Origin: Octopus bimaculoides
Lineage: Eukaryota
Direction of reading: 5' to 3'
Length of the DNA: 56,847 nucleotides
Assembly (NCBI RefSeq): GCF_001194135.2
Contig: NC_068983.1
Span: 132,952,269-133,009,115, forward strand
Every line of letters begins with the position of its first letter. The first letter of the stretch is position 1. The position numbers were made by a program, and so were the translations under genes. The notes beneath the pieces are model-generated. The model did no database searches. It had not been told where the DNA came from and saw only the letters and a program-made list of their open reading frames with translations. This document shows positions 1 through 15,667 of the stretch, in pieces.

Positions 1-67
1 AATGTCAACTATGGTTTTCATATTATATTTTTTCTTTAGTTTTTGGGTCTTTGTAGGTTTGATACTC

Positions 68-69
<2 letters not shown>

Positions 70-129
<60 letters not shown>

Positions 130-154
130 GCTATTATTATTATTACTACTACTT

Positions 155-217
<63 letters not shown>
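70..217 (+). repeat. (ATT)n-(ACT)n compound microsatellite
   Basis: Direct inspection. Confidence 0.97.
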
Positions 218-3200
218 ATGGAGGCGTGATGACTGAATCGTTAACTTTTTTAGACAAAATGATTAGTGGCATTTCATTCAGCTTTTATGTTCAAATGTTT
301 CAAATGCTGTCGCAATTGATATTTTGAGTCGATGAAATAATTATCAGTCGAATACTGGGGCTGATATAATCGGCTATTCCCCTCTCCCCAAATTTCAGAT
401 AGTGTGCCTGTAGTAGAAACAATTATTAGTATCACGATGCCAGGAATCTGGTGGAATCCCTACAGCGTTCGATAAATTGTTTTGCCCTATGCTTTCAAAA
501 CTTGTTGAGAACAACTTTACACTAAAACAAATTTGCGGTAGATAAAATAGCACGCATCAGTTACTTGGTCGAATTAACCCACTAATTTGTGTTTATGCTA
601 GAAACACTAGAGACGATAACCTGATATAGCCTAACCCAATCTGGTTCTCGGTCAATATCACAAATTACCATAACATATATTTCAATTCTGTATTTGACTC
701 TAAAATCATGATCATGAAGTTAGAAGGTCAAATGTCAATGGTGTTTTCATATTGTAAAAACTTCATAAATATTTGCATTTTAATAGGTGAAAGTATATCT
801 TGGATAAATACGAATAAATAAAACAACATATACATATTTGTCTTAATGGTGTATTCTCTTTTTCAATACACTTTTGCATGGTTCATTGTATTTCCTACAA
901 CGTTGATGAAAAACAAGTAAAGAAATGAAATATCAGTCTAGAGAGAAAAAGAAAAGATGAAAGATATCTCTCTCTGCTGCATATTTACAAAAACAAAGAA
1001 TACGTATATCACTGAAATTCCACCTTGGGAAATGCAAATATATTTGATTTAATTTGTTTTCTCTACTCCATTTTCTTTGTTTTCTTACTTTCCGACAATT
1101 ATTTGTAAAGCACATTTATATATTTCAACAAACTTGTTTACCAGCAAAACGTTATTAATAAGACAATACGCTCGATTTCTAAACGCACACGCATACGAAT
1201 GTATATACATAAATGCATGCATACATATATACATACATACAAATGTATGTATATATGTACATATATATACGTGTGTATATATATGTATGTGTGTGTGTAT
1301 ATATATATATGTATACAGATATACAGATATATGTATANNNNNNNNNNNNNNNNNNNNNNNNNNNNNNNNNNNNNNNNNNNNNNNNNNNNNNNNNNNNNNN
1401 NNNNNNNNNNNNNNNNNNNNNNNNNNNNNNNNNNNNNNNNNNNNNNNNNNNNNNNNNNNNNNNNNNNNNNNNNNNNNNNNNNNNNNNNNNNNNNNNNNNN
1501 NNNNNNNNNNNNNNNNNNNNNNNNNNNNNNNNNNNNNNNNNNNNNNNNNNNNNNNNNNNNNNNNNNNNNNNNNNNNNNNNNNNNNNNNNNNNNNNNNNNN
1601 NNNNNNNNNNNNNNNNNNNNNNNNNNNNNNNNNNNNNNNNNNNNNNNNNNNNNNNNNNNNNNNNNNNNNNNNNNNNNNNNNNNNNNNNNNNNNNNNNNNN
1701 NNNNNNNNNNNNNNNNNNNNNNNNNNNNNNNNNNNNNNNNNNNNNNNNNNNNNNNNNNNNNNNNNNNNNNNNNNNNNNNNNNNNNNNNNNNNNNNNNNNN
1801 NNNNNNNNNNCACATATACATATATATATGTATGTACATGTGCATGTATGTATGCTTCTAACTGTAATTCTGTGAATTTATTCTCGTATTGAAGCTGGTT
1901 TTGTTGACATAGAAAGCTTCGGCGTTGATATATAGATAGCGAAAACAGTTTGACATGTTGAACTTGTGAAAGTTTTTGCATTCTTACTATTCCACTTTTG
2001 TTGCGTACTTTGAATGTGCGTATTAGCGACTCGGTTTCTTTCCATATCCAGATTGCCACATAGGCACGTACTTACAAGTGAACCGATCTGTTCATGTCAA
2101 TTTATAATAATGGCGTGCTAAAAAAGCTCTGTATGCAAACGGAAATTTTTCTCAGCACCCTGTGTTCGTATTTTATATTAATTAGCTTTCCTTCAAAAGC
2201 TTGGTATGAAGGGTCACCGAAGTGTTTGATATTTTCCCATAAAACGTAGTTTGTGAGATACGAAATTGTGAGTCACCTTTCATTTTATTCTCATTGTTAA
2301 CCATCAAATATGTCAGGCCAGATGTTGATATTTTGTGAAAGCTCTCTTATCATGAGGTTTGCTGTCCTTTTGTAATTTCATTAGGTCGTGCACTACCGAT
2401 TTTTCGCCGGTGTTCCATAAGAGCAATAGCAGATGTGTATAGAAAGTATTAATTGCCTATCATTTAAGATCACATGACTCCATGTGCTCTCCAGCAAGAT
2501 CATCGAATACTTTTAATATGTGAACGGTTGACTTTTCCTTCAATAATGTTAAGGGTGACCTGTCACTCAAAGACAGCTGAGTAAAAACTCGAAAAATGTT
2601 TACAAACTGTCGTTTCAAAATGTCCTTAAGATGAATATCGTCAGTCGTATCTGTCGAATCTGTTATTTGTGGAAGCATACGAGAGCTTACCATTGGTAGA
2701 GTCGGTTTTTTTTTAATATTATTATTAGCATCCGAGAATTTCAAGAACACTTTCTCTCTGTAATAGTCTGTAATAGTCATATCTTTTTCAAATAAAAACA
2801 CATGTTGTTTCACCTCTTTTGCCGTATAAAGTTAAAGCTTGGATTAAATTCGTCCCAGAATATAATTTGACTTTCATATAGGCAACAAAATCGATATCGC
2901 GGCGTTTTGCAAAGGGGTAAAGTAGATCTTTATTCAAAAGTAAGGGCCAATTGATGTGGAAAGAGTTATCACTTCATCTTAAATAACTTATACATTTCGT
3001 AGAACTGTTTCGTTTCGTATCGGCGTTGGTACAGTCATCAAAACCGTCCATGAAAGTGAAAGTGATATTCCATGTGATGTAAGATACATTTTGTATTCTC
3101 GTCTGAGCTACGCTAAATTGGAAGCTAAAAGTATATCTGCTGTATATATTTGATCTGTATATAACAGATCAAATACACGAGATACTGACGTGGGCTGGAA

Positions 3201-4976
3201 AAGTCAGCTAGGTTTTAAATGAAGATTTCTAAAAGGTCATCTACGCTTACACAACTGATATTGACAGCACCGTGATGTACGAATGAATGAACATATGTAT
3301 ATGTATATTAGAGCTTTGTAGTTTTCCGGTGAATATAGGGGAGGAATTATATATATATATACATACAGGCAATAGGTGAGACCTAGATAAGGTGAGCATA
3401 GAAAATGTGTAGTAGTAGACATACACAATCACACATATACATATGTGCGCGTGTTTATATACATAATGTATTCATATATATATATATATATATATANNNN
3501 NNNNNNNNNNNNNNNNNNNNNNNNNNNNNNNNNNNNNNNNNNNNNNNNNNNNNNNNNNNNNNNNNNNNNNNNNNNNNNNNNNNNNNNNNNNNNNNNNNNN
3601 NNNNNNNNNNNNNNNNNNNNNNNNNNNNNNNNNNNNNNNNNNNNNNNNNNNNNNNNNNNNNNNNNNNNNNNNNNNNNNNNNNNNNNNNNNNNNNNNNNNN
3701 NNNNNNNNNNNNNNNTATATATGTATGTATGTATATACATGTGCTTGTGTTGTGTGTGTGTATGTGTGCAGGAAGTATAGAATGTATAAAACTGAACATT
3801 AGATTTATATACGTAGGAAGTCGAATTGAAATAAACTCCTTTTTTTTTTTTTGTTATATTGTTCAGTTTTGGTTACCTTGGAGATTTTGGCTTTTTTTTT
3901 ATCTGGCTTAATCGTTTTATAATCTGAAACTGAAATTCAAACTACTATCAATATCAAACTACATTGAAATTAATCGTGTCCGACATTTTCCTTTTTTTAT
4001 ACTTAAGGTCTAAAATATTCAAAATTTTGTTTTATATTGAATGTTTATGCAAATTCAACTGTCACTTGTAATAAAGTTACTTCTTTATTTATTTACATAT
4101 TTCAAGCAAACATCGCCTATTTCGATGCTATACAATACTTCTAAACATAATGTTGAGCAATTACGGAAGTTGTACTGGAACGTATGATAGAAAAACAGCT
4201 GAATATTCAATCGACCGTAGTTTCACATACACTGTTTAATCCAGCAACGAATCTTCATTGAAAACTTAGATTGTTTATTATCATACTAAATAAATCTGTT
4301 TAGGTGAAAATAAGTGTCTCAATGCACGACAAATTTACGATTGTTAAACTTATGGGAATTTAGTTTACATTACGCAGTTATAATTTTTAGTATGTGTCTT
4401 GAGGAAGACCGGGTTTCTTTTAGATTAGCCGTAAACGAACAAGTTTTCATTTGTGTTTCAAACTCCCACTGGAGTATTTCTCGTTCTGCTATCATGAATA
4501 ATAACCACGTCTATTAAACAGTTTATCTTTTGCAAAAGGTTCAGTTCATTTATCTGTTATCATTGGCAATGATAACATAACAGATAAATGTATGTTTTTT
4601 TATATTCTAATGTGATGTCGTTCTATATTTGCAGGTAAGACTAATGAAATATCCATTGGCAAGTCGAGGAACGGAGGTTGAATTAAATCGTAAATATTAC
4701 TTTGATATTTCATGTTGATTGTTGATTGTATGAGAGGCTTGACTCGCCCAGCAGCAATGTCATGTCTCTTTTCAGTATCACGTATCAAAAGAACCTTTCT
4801 CTACATAATGCATAAATGCGAATTTCAAGAAGATGCTACTGGTAGTTAATACAAGGTGTTGTATGGTAATAAAACTCAAACGGCATTCATAACAGTGTTA
4901 TAGATAGCTATACACATACGGAGGTATTAGAGTTGCAGTGAAAAATACGCCATATTTTGCATACATACAAACATAC

Positions 4977-5040
<64 letters not shown>

Positions 5041-7536
5041 TATATTCTTTTATTTATTTCAGTTATTTGACTGCGGCCATGTTGGCAGTAGTGTAGGATA
5101 ACATCGCATTATATGCGTATGTTGATATTTCCGAAAATGTGCTCATTTATTAATTTGTCAGTAAGACTAGTAGAATGTGGCTTTGTTCTTTTATCGAAGA
5201 TTAACATTCTGCATTTTAACAAGATAAAAAAAATAGTTGCCCGTTATATTAATTTTTCAAAAAAATTATTTAATCCAAAGATATATATGTGTGTGTATGT
5301 GTGTGTGTGAGTGTGTGAGTGTGTATGTGTGTGTGTGTGTGCGTGTGCGAGTGTGTGCGTGTGTGTGTGTATGCGTGTGTGTGTGTGTGTGCGTGTGTGT
5401 GTTTGTGTGTGTGTGTGTGTGTGTACATGAGAAAATTGATTCTCCTGATATAAATGAATAAACTGGCCTACCAAAAAATCCTGCCACCATAGAATCGCCA
5501 TTGCGTCATAGAATCGCCATTCAGTATATAAGTCTAACACAAGGTGAGAGACCATTGTGAGAGACTAGAAGTTAAATGCACAACAGAAGTGAAGAACTGA
5601 AGTCTTTAACTGGTCTTTTTACTGATACTCATTACAGCTGTATTTCTACCAAATTACATCTGACTACCTTGAGCAGTGATGGGCTTATGAAAGATTGCAT
5701 CAATATGCAACCTGAACTTAAAAGAATTTAAAGAAACATCAACGGAAACCGCATGTACTTGTATTACTCATCAGGAACTCAGATACTTAATTTGACTTAC
5801 ACTTCTATACACTAATGTACATGAAAGGTATCACTGATATTTGAAATGGAAATGTGAAGAGTCGTAACCTAGTATATCTACTCAATCGCTTAAACTTCAA
5901 GGTATATGCAGCATAATATTTCTCTGGAATATAACGATGCAGTATATTTCACAAACATATACAATATTACTTCTACATCACATTAAATTTGTTTACTTCG
6001 CGGTATTTCTTCCGTTTAAGTCCTTAGCTCAAATTCTGTTGAGGTCTATTTTAACTTTCATTCCTTTCGGAGTTTATAAATTAAGTACCAATGGAACATT
6101 GGGGGTTGATGTATATATATACTTGTTTCAGTCATTTGACTGTGGCCATGTTGGAGCTGCATCTTAAATATATATAGATATGCACAAAGAGAGAGACTGA
6201 GGTGGAAGTGGACAGGTAGATAAATACGATTATGATTATATTTGTAAGTATTTGTATGTGCATGTATGTGTGCATTTGTGTTAGTGTAATGAATTATGTA
6301 GATAATGATAGAGTACATTTGTCCCTTTTGCGTTTAGAGAAAAGCTGAAGAGCACGTACGATGTACATAAAGAAATAATTGTTAAGGACGTGAAAACCAG
6401 CGTTACTTTATACATATGACTTCTATATAAGCATATGTCTGTGAGTGTGTATGTTGTTTGCGTTGTGTTTGGTGGGGATGCTAGTGTACAACGTAGAAAA
6501 ATATCTGATAATAATCGAGAACACTAAGGTAAAATGACATATTGACGTATATATTCATATGTGTATCCATGTAAATATACTTAATTATATGTAGACACAC
6601 ATATACATTATATATATAGAGTTATTAATATTTCTAAGTCTCTCTAAAGGAGACTACGGCAGCGGTACTGGAAATTAATAGTTATCGCCAAGCCAACATG
6701 ATATGTATATATATATATATATATATATNNNNNNNNNNNNNNNNNNNNNNNNNNNNNNNNNNNNNNNNNNNNNNNNNNNNNNNNNNNNNNNNNNNNNNNN
6801 NNNNNNNNNNNNNNNNNNNNNNNNNNNNNNNNNNNNNNNNNNNNNNNNNNNNNNNNNNNNNNNNNNNNNNNNNNNNNNNNNNNNNNNNNNNNNNNNNNNN
6901 NNNNNNNNNNNNNNNNNNNNNNNNNNNNNNNNNNNNNNNNNNNNNNNNNNNNNNNNNNNNNNNNNNNNNNNNNNNNNNNNNNNNNNNNNNNNNNNNNNNN
7001 NNNNNNNNNNNNNNNNNNNNNNNNNNNNNNNNNNNNNNNNNNNNNNNNNNNNNNNNNNNNNNNNNNNNNNNNATATATATATATATATATATACATATAT
7101 ACATATGTGATGCAGTTTGAGGAAAGCAGAGCTATAAGCGTATAGTAGTGAGAGAAAATTATCAGAAAAAGCATGCATACAGAGGTTGATATCATTGCTA
7201 GATAAATAGCTTCAATCCTATACAGAGTGATAGGTTTCTTTAGCAGCAGATGTATGGAAGGGGCGCAGAGATTGTGAGTAGTCAGTGCTTCAAAAGAAAA
7301 TAGCGATCATTTCAGGGAGAAACGCAGACATGAATAAAATAGATTCTGTGTAAGATACTAAGTAGGGTGTCCATTAGAATAATAATAGGTTGTAGTCTTA
7401 ATTACATATAATCTTCCCTATACTCGGAGACTTATTGACGAGCTTCTTGCATTTACAATATGCCTGTTGACTGCGGAAAAGAACTTCAGTATATAGGATT
7501 CATATATATGTTTGTATAGACATAAACACACACATA

Positions 7537-8108
<572 letters not shown>

Positions 8109-8859
8109 CATGATATATATATATATATATATATATANNNNNNNNNNNNNNNNNNNNNNNNNNNNNNNNNNNNNNNNNNNNNNNNNNNNNNNNNNNNNNN
8201 NNNNNNNNNNNNNNNNNNNNNNNNNNNNNNNNNNNNNNNNNNNNNNNNNNNNNNNNNNNNNNNNNNNNNNNNNNNNNNNNNNNNNNNNNNNNNNNNNNNN
8301 NNNNNNNNNNNNNNNNNNNNNNNNNNNNNNNNNNNNNNNNNNNNNNNNNNNNNNNNNNNNNNNNNNNNNNNNNNNNNNNNNNNNNNNNNNNNNNNNNNNN
8401 NNNNNNNNNNNNNNATATATATAAATATGTATATACATATATACACATATATATACATACATACATATATACATACATACATACATACATACACATATCC
8501 TTTTCTTTGCGGAAATAATATGACCCTGAAAATGTGACAGTGATGCGAAATTCATTTTTCCTTTGATTTTCATATTATCACGTGAGATTGCGTTCCTATA
8601 GACATTTTCGAATACAAAAGTAGCACAAGGAAGCAAGACAGCAAACAACACGTTCGCTTTCATACATGAAAATATAAATTTCTAAACATGCACGATGCAG
8701 TAAAACCGAAGAATATTTCAAATGTTTATTAAAAGTATCCTTTTATCCTAAGAATACGTTCCTACCACATTAAATATTGTCTACTGTGTGATACGTAGTG
8801 GGTGGTTTAGCGATGGAGGAAGAGTCAACCATAAGGATAATTATTTTATTATTCATTAT

Positions 8860-9540
8860 CATCAACTTCAGCTTCAGGGTTGGGGAAATTATCCGAAGAT
8901 GTTTGTTGTTTATGACGTATTATCTCTTTGTACAGTTTAGTATAGGAACTGAGCTCATTGTAAAAAATGCTCTTGTAATTGTTATATTACATTCACGATT
9001 AAAATTATTATCATCAAAAACCTAATGAACGTCTATAAGTGCCAACTATTAAGAAATATTTCTTATACCCAGTTTAAGTGGTGTAGTTGAAATTTCCATT
9101 ATCTCGTCTGTATTCTCAGCATATTCAGTTTCCAGTAGCATCAGCTCCTTGTTAGATAAACTTTCTTTCTGGGCCACTAGCAGCTCAGTCACATCATTCT
9201 CTATGACTTCTGGAAATGCTGCTTCATTTGCAAGATTCACAATATCTTTTCGAATTTGACGTAGACTTTCTGCTTGAGAATAAATTGTAATGTCGCAGAT
9301 ACAATCTGCCAATATACTTTTCCAAGCACTATTCGAAGCTGAAGTTTCACTCCATCCCATGGCTGAGCTATATTATTCACAGAATACATTATGTTGAATT
9401 TCCTACAGAAATTTCAAACTGTAGATTTATCCTTCCCGCCAATTCCTTTCATAAGTTGTTTGGTAGTTCTCATATAATATGCCTTGAAGTTGACTATCAC
9501 AACTTGATCATTCGACTGGAGCAAAGGAGTTATTCCAATC
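8860..9540 (-). mobile_element. Tigger/pogo transposase 3' fragment, decayed
   Basis: TPLLQSNDQVVIVNFKAYYMR (cf. TSLIQPMDQGVI..FKAYY); FNIMYSVNNIAQPW; DIVNLANEAAF..V.ENDVTELL...ESLSNKELM; YKEIIRHKQQTSSDNF. Confidence 0.85.
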
Positions 9541-10580
9541 AAAGTAGACAGTCTCCATTATCGTCGCCTATGATTTATTTCACGTTGACATTTATAGTCC
9601 TGGCCAGGGACTTTGTGGGGCATGATCTTAAATGAAAACCTGAAGTCGCTTGAAGTTCAGGAACAAATTCTAATGAATATTTTTGCATGAATGTAACATT
9701 GATTCACTGACTTTTAAAGACTCCTAAAGATTTCGATATTTCTTGAGCAGTTATGACAGGATTTTAAGGAATCCCAGTAGCTATTATTGCAAATGTATCG
9801 TTGTTCGTGATCGTGGAAATTTACCCGTACATGAGGTTGTCTCTAATGGATGGTCATCCTAAAGTGAAACAGTAGATCATCGAAGTATTGCGTTCGGTTC
9901 AATTAACCCTGCAGGGAGGCAATTTCAAACAGAGTTTTACACAAGCATAACGATTTGCTAGAAATGCATATTCTCTCTATATCCATCCCAATAATTATCT
10001 GCTTAACAGTGTTTAATACTACCTTAAACATGAGGAGAAGTTATATTGTATGTTATGTAATGTTTGTTAGTAAACCCTTGCATATTCTGTTATCTATAGG
10101 ATATATATTCTTAGATTTGTTGTTAAAGCTGTATCAGATTTCTTCGGCTTTTGTATGCTTTAACAAAGCTAAAGTTGAGAGGGAGTAAAGGACTTATGGA
10201 ATCTTAGCTTTGGAGGGATATCCAAGTAGTTTGCTTCCAACATTTCCAGTTCCTTGTTTCTCGCAAAACATATTCTTCCATATTCTTGACCATCTTGTCA
10301 TCCTCGACGAAGGAACAAGATATATATGTGTGTGTTGGGTGGAAGGGAAAAAATAAATTTATATAGTATTTTGTCTGAACTTATGTCTTAAAATGTTCTT
10401 CATATGAGAACTAAAAGAAATTCTCAAAATATTCATATTGAAAAGCTCCATCAGGCAACGTCTTTTTCTCTACACATTAAAAACACACTGCACCCCCAGA
10501 CAGGATTTGAAACACACACACACGTACACACACACGCACACGTACACACACACACACACGTACACACACCCACACTCATG

Positions 10581-10612
<32 letters not shown>

Positions 10613-10633
10613 TGTATGTATGCATGTGTGTGT

Positions 10634-11013
10634 GGAGGCGCAATGGCCCAGTAGTTAGGGCAGCGGACTCGCGGTCATAGGATAGCGGTTTCGATTCCCA
10701 GATCGGTCGTTGTGAGTGTTTATTGAGCGAAAACATCTAAAGCTCCACGAGGCTCTGGCAGGGGATGGTGGCGAACCCTGCTGTACTCTTTCACCACAAC
10801 TTTCTCTCACTCTTACTTCCTGTTTCTGTTGTGCCTGTAATTCAAAGGGTCAGCCTTGTCACACTGTGTCACGCTGAATATCCCCGAGAACTACGTTAAG
10901 GGTACATGTGTCTGTGGAGTGCTCAGCCACTTGCACGTTAATTTCACGAGCAGGCTGTTTCGTTGATTGAATCAACTGGAACCCTCGACGTCGTAAGCGA
11001 CGGAGTGCCAACA
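10634..11013 (+). mobile_element. Near full-length tRNA-derived SINE (about 380 bp)
   Basis: A box TGGCCCAGTAG and B box GTTTCGATTCC; GC-richer body; ends GGAGTGCCAACA; sits between (TATG)n tracts. Confidence 0.85.
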
Positions 11014-12535
11014 TGTATGTATGTACGTATTCTTCTGTGTGTGCATGCAAGAATGCACGGAAAACGAATGCGGGTATAAATTTGTACATTTCTTCAGAAA
11101 ACACATCTATATCATTAACACATAAATAATATCTCACATACTAACTTCAGTCACTAAATCTGACCGCAATATATTTTCATTTGAGACATGTTATTGTTAA
11201 TGAAATAAATTCAAGCATGTACCGAATAAACGTGAAAAGATTCCTACACTTTTTTCTATTTCTACTCGACTTTCACAATATCAGACTGAACTACTGTAAC
11301 ACATGGTAAAAATAAATCCTTTGCTCTGCGCATACGGATACTTTGAGGTATTACTGAAACATTGGTTATGCATCAACACATCTGTTGTTTTCCATTCTTT
11401 CTCTATCTCGTATGAATATAAGTGATGTACTAAACAAATGCTGGAAAAGCAGCAGCAGCTTTTCTGGAAAGTTCGATTAACGTATATGCCACTATTATGT
11501 CATGTTGGTGACTAAAAATTATAAATGAGTGTATACACACACACACACACATGAACACAAACACACATACACACACACAAACACAAACACACATACACAC
11601 ACACCAGTGTCATTTTAAAGTTTTCTTACCTACTGAGTCTCTCTCTACTATTAACGTGGTCATATTTATGAAAAACTCAAAATATCAAGTCCGTAATCCT
11701 AATCTTAGAATATATTTTTACCATAAAATCTTTGTACATTTACACGTAGATACAGACATATTTACATACACATACACTAACACTCAGACACATTCACTCA
11801 CAGAAACTCACAATCACTCACACTTACTTACACACACTCACATTCACTCACATTCACGAACAATAGTATCTTGCTAGTGCATTACTTCATATTATATATG
11901 CGCATATGCTTTCTTAGTTCCAAACAAAACCCATGCCTTTCTGTTTATTTAGTTTTTAAGGTAAATCCTAAATATCACCAACAAACACTTTGATCATCTT
12001 CTCCTAGTTACCATTTATCTTTTGTTTGCTCTTCTACGCATATTTGGAGAGAGTAAAAAAAAAAAATTTTGTCAGTCATATCAATAAGATGTACAAGAGA
12101 CTCTGCTAAGTGATAATTGCTCAGATATTAAAAGCATTTGTTGTTGTCATTCTGAATTATTAGTTAACGTCTGCACCAGATCTCCAACTCGTTCTAACGA
12201 GATTCACATCACTATTGTTAGCAATAGGTCGATGCAAGATCAATACGCCTACATCATTCACACATAAGCACAGCCACCAATAGAGTCTTAGAGATACATT
12301 TTTTTTCTTTATACTCTATCGTATATCTTCAAATGATTATATTTTCCCTCTCTATTACTGTTACATTACTCTCTCTCTCCCTCTCTATGCTCTTATCAAA
12401 CTTGCTATATATCTACAACTTAACTTTAATCGCTCTTTCGCTCTGTCTCTTTCTCTCAGTTTCTCACACACTATTTCTAAATATATGCGAATAAGTAATA
12501 TTTCTATCTCAATATATTTTGCTTAAGCATAATAT

Positions 12536-12588
<53 letters not shown>

Positions 12589-13015
12589 CGCATGTGTGAG
12601 AGTGTGTGTGTGGAAGTGTGTTTGTGTGAGTGTGTGTGTAGATGTATGTATGCATGCATGTACTTCTGTATACATGTAACTTTTTTTCTTTTCTCTTCTC
12701 TGTTTCTTGTTTCAGTCATTTGGCTGTGGCCATNNNNNNNNNNNNNNNNNNNNNNNNNNNNNNNNNNNNNNNNNNNNNNNNNNNNNNNNNNNNNNNNNNN
12801 NNNNNNNNNNNNNNNNNNNNNNNNNNNNNNNNNNNNNNNNNNNNNNNNNNNNNNNNNNNNNNNNNNNNNNNNNNNNNNNNNNNNNNNNNNNNNNNNNNNN
12901 NNNNNNNNNNNNNNNNNNNNNNNNNNNNNNNNNNNNNNNNNNNNNNNNNNNNNNNNNNNNNNNNNNNNNNNNNNNNNNNNNNNNNNNNNNNNNNNNNNNN
13001 ATATATATAGGGAGG

Positions 13016-13051
<36 letters not shown>

Positions 13052-14186
13052 ACATACACACACACGCACACACATATATATATGTATATATATACATATA
13101 TATATATAAATGCATAAACATACATATAATATATGTATATGTGCAGGCGTGATGTGGTAAGCTTCCTTCCCAAGTATATGTTTCTGGGTTCAGTCCCACA
13201 CTAAGAATCTTTTAACGTAGATCAAATCAATTGGATATTTCCCTACCTTGCCTAACAATAATTTAGTGTCAACTCCGTAATATATAATGCTATATATTTT
13301 GCTATTTCTAATATTTTGCTATTTGCAGAAGATATTTATTATCCTTTGATCTATAATAGTCCACTGTACTTTACCTATATTTAATGTCTGAACTATTTAT
13401 CTTTACATATTATTGAAGTTCTCGCCCCTCTGACGAGATACTGGGTTTCTAAATCTACACCTAGCAACTTCATTACACATCTGTATGCCTCCATGTTAGC
13501 TATCCTTTTCACTTTTATCATTATACAGGATTCATGAAATTTACTTTATAATCCAGTTAGTAGATGCAAACTAGTACATGTGTTTAGTATTATGGACGAA
13601 CTATATGTTTACATCAATGTGCTTCTATATGAGTTCATATGCATATTCGTTATANNNNNNNNNNTTATAAGTAGTATTCTAAAAGAAATATTCTAAAAGA
13701 ATATATAACTGAACTTATGTTGAGTGCTCAATTATCTTGAGCAAATAAATGTGTATATATGTGTTTTTATATTATTAATAAATTAATAAAGTCATCAATA
13801 ATATATATAATCACCTATATAGAGTGACCAAAGGGGCCTGTAACCACTATCCTAGATAAATATGTGTTGATTACACATAAATATATACTGAGATACACCC
13901 CAAAATGAATATACAAACATATATGTGTACAAATACATCTTTCATACATGTACATTCTCAGAAATACTCCATAAGAAAAAGAACAGAGTAGGAATTTAGG
14001 CCTTAGGACACAATTTTTCCATGCTTCAAATCACCAGTTCACTCTGTTCAAAGAGTTCTCACTACTTCAAAGCACAAATCTATTGTCTAAATTCCTAACT
14101 TCGAATATTCTGCACTGATGTGCATGACACTTCCATATGGTTACATTCATGTAATTTCATGCTTCTCAACACTAAGTCAGTTTACT

Positions 14187-14243
14187 GCCGCCATCTTTTA
14201 ACAGAAAGTTGACTATTATTATAAGGTTGTGGCGCCTGATTGG
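14187..14243 (-). promoter_or_regulatory. Candidate core promoter / first exon: CCAAT box plus YY1/Kozak-like AAGATGGCGGC
   Basis: GCCGCCATCTTT at 14187-14198; ATTGG at 14239-14243. Confidence 0.3.
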
Positions 14244-14780
14244 TCAATAATCCTGAATTATTTGGTGAGGTAGATTTGAAACTCAGTATAAGCTGCCATG
14301 CTTTTAAAAATACAACATAAATCACCACATTTGAACAATTCTGACACCTCATCAAAAAAATATGATCAACTAGCTAATTGTGTCCTGCTGATCACGGAGG
14401 AACAATACATTTGGGCATAATTCAGAGAGTCAGGTGTAAAAAAAAATCGACGTGATAGCACAAAACTGATTCCAGTTTTGAAATCAGCCAGCCAATTTGA
14501 CAGTCGAAATGAAGTGAAACATTGAACTCTTCAGAAATTATATTCGAAATTGTTCCCTACTGTTAAAGAAAACTAAAATATATCCATATTTTCGTTATAA
14601 TCTAATAAATATTTATTAATAATAAATTGATGATATTAAATATAATATTCGAATTCAGATAAATATTATAACGTAAATACTTTGTTCCAAATTTTAATTT
14701 CAACTGGTATTTATTTACACATCAATGGAAGAATATTAAAAATTTTGCTTTATATTGGATAGCGCTTAATTTCTAATTAT

Positions 14781-14877
14781 GTCCTTTCCAAATCGAAAAA
14801 GAATCATCTTCTTTATTGGAAAATATTTGAGTTATGTACAAACCTTCATAAAAAACATATATATGTTAGTTAAGAAC
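14781..14877 (+). repeat. About 100-bp segment duplicated at 24781-24881 (roughly 90% identical)
   Basis: GTCCTTTCCAAATCGAAAAAGAATCATCTTC...TTAGTTAAGAAC present at both positions in the same orientation. Confidence 0.95.
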
Positions 14878-14890
14878 ACAAGTGCATACA

Positions 14891-14966
<76 letters not shown>

Positions 14967-14968
<2 letters not shown>

Positions 14969-15110
14969 ACGGGATTATTTCAGTTGCTGTCTACCAAATC
15001 CACTCACAAGCCTCTGGTCGGTCCTAGACTGCAGTAAAATGCACCTGTCCAATGTGTCTCGCAGCGGAACCATGTCGTTGGGAAACAAGTTTCTTACCAC
15101 TCAGCGACAG
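14967..15110 (-). mobile_element. tRNA/CORE-like SINE 5' half
   Basis: Reverse complement of the 39800 family (TCTACCAAATCCACTCACAAG), abutting (TA)n. Confidence 0.75.
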
Positions 15111-15608
15111 CTCTCTAACTACTCATACATATGTATATCGTATGTATATATTGATAAAATTTACATATATTTGTATATATTGATATAATTTTCGTATATT
15201 TGATATAATTTACACACATATATATAAGCATATATATACTAATATATAAGTAAATATTTAAGTACATCGGTCCAAAACAAGGTGGAAAAATAGTACTCCA
15301 ATACCAGATGTGCAGTGAAATACTATGTTGAATTTGTCGAAGTTGATGAGTGAAATCTCTCGTGTTTGAAATATAACGTGTTTTATTTTTTAATTGTATT
15401 ATATTTTATGACGTAATGTCTGAATATATCAATAAATATTCTACCAAGGAAGCAGTCTACGGTGTAAATTGAAATTGTCACTTAAATATCTACAGTATCT
15501 TACCAACACTTGATACATTCAACGCTGTTCACCTCACTGTTATCGTCCCAAGCCAATTCTGGTGTCTTAGTTGTTCATGTGTCTATATTCTATTGAATGC
15601 TTATGACA

Positions 15609-15667
<59 letters not shown>

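Noticed and set aside
2490-2530. HILKVFDDL resembling a Walker B motif, and TITDYYREK resembling a PAZ domain
   Set aside because: The motifs are short, and no Walker A or other family motif is present to support either call.
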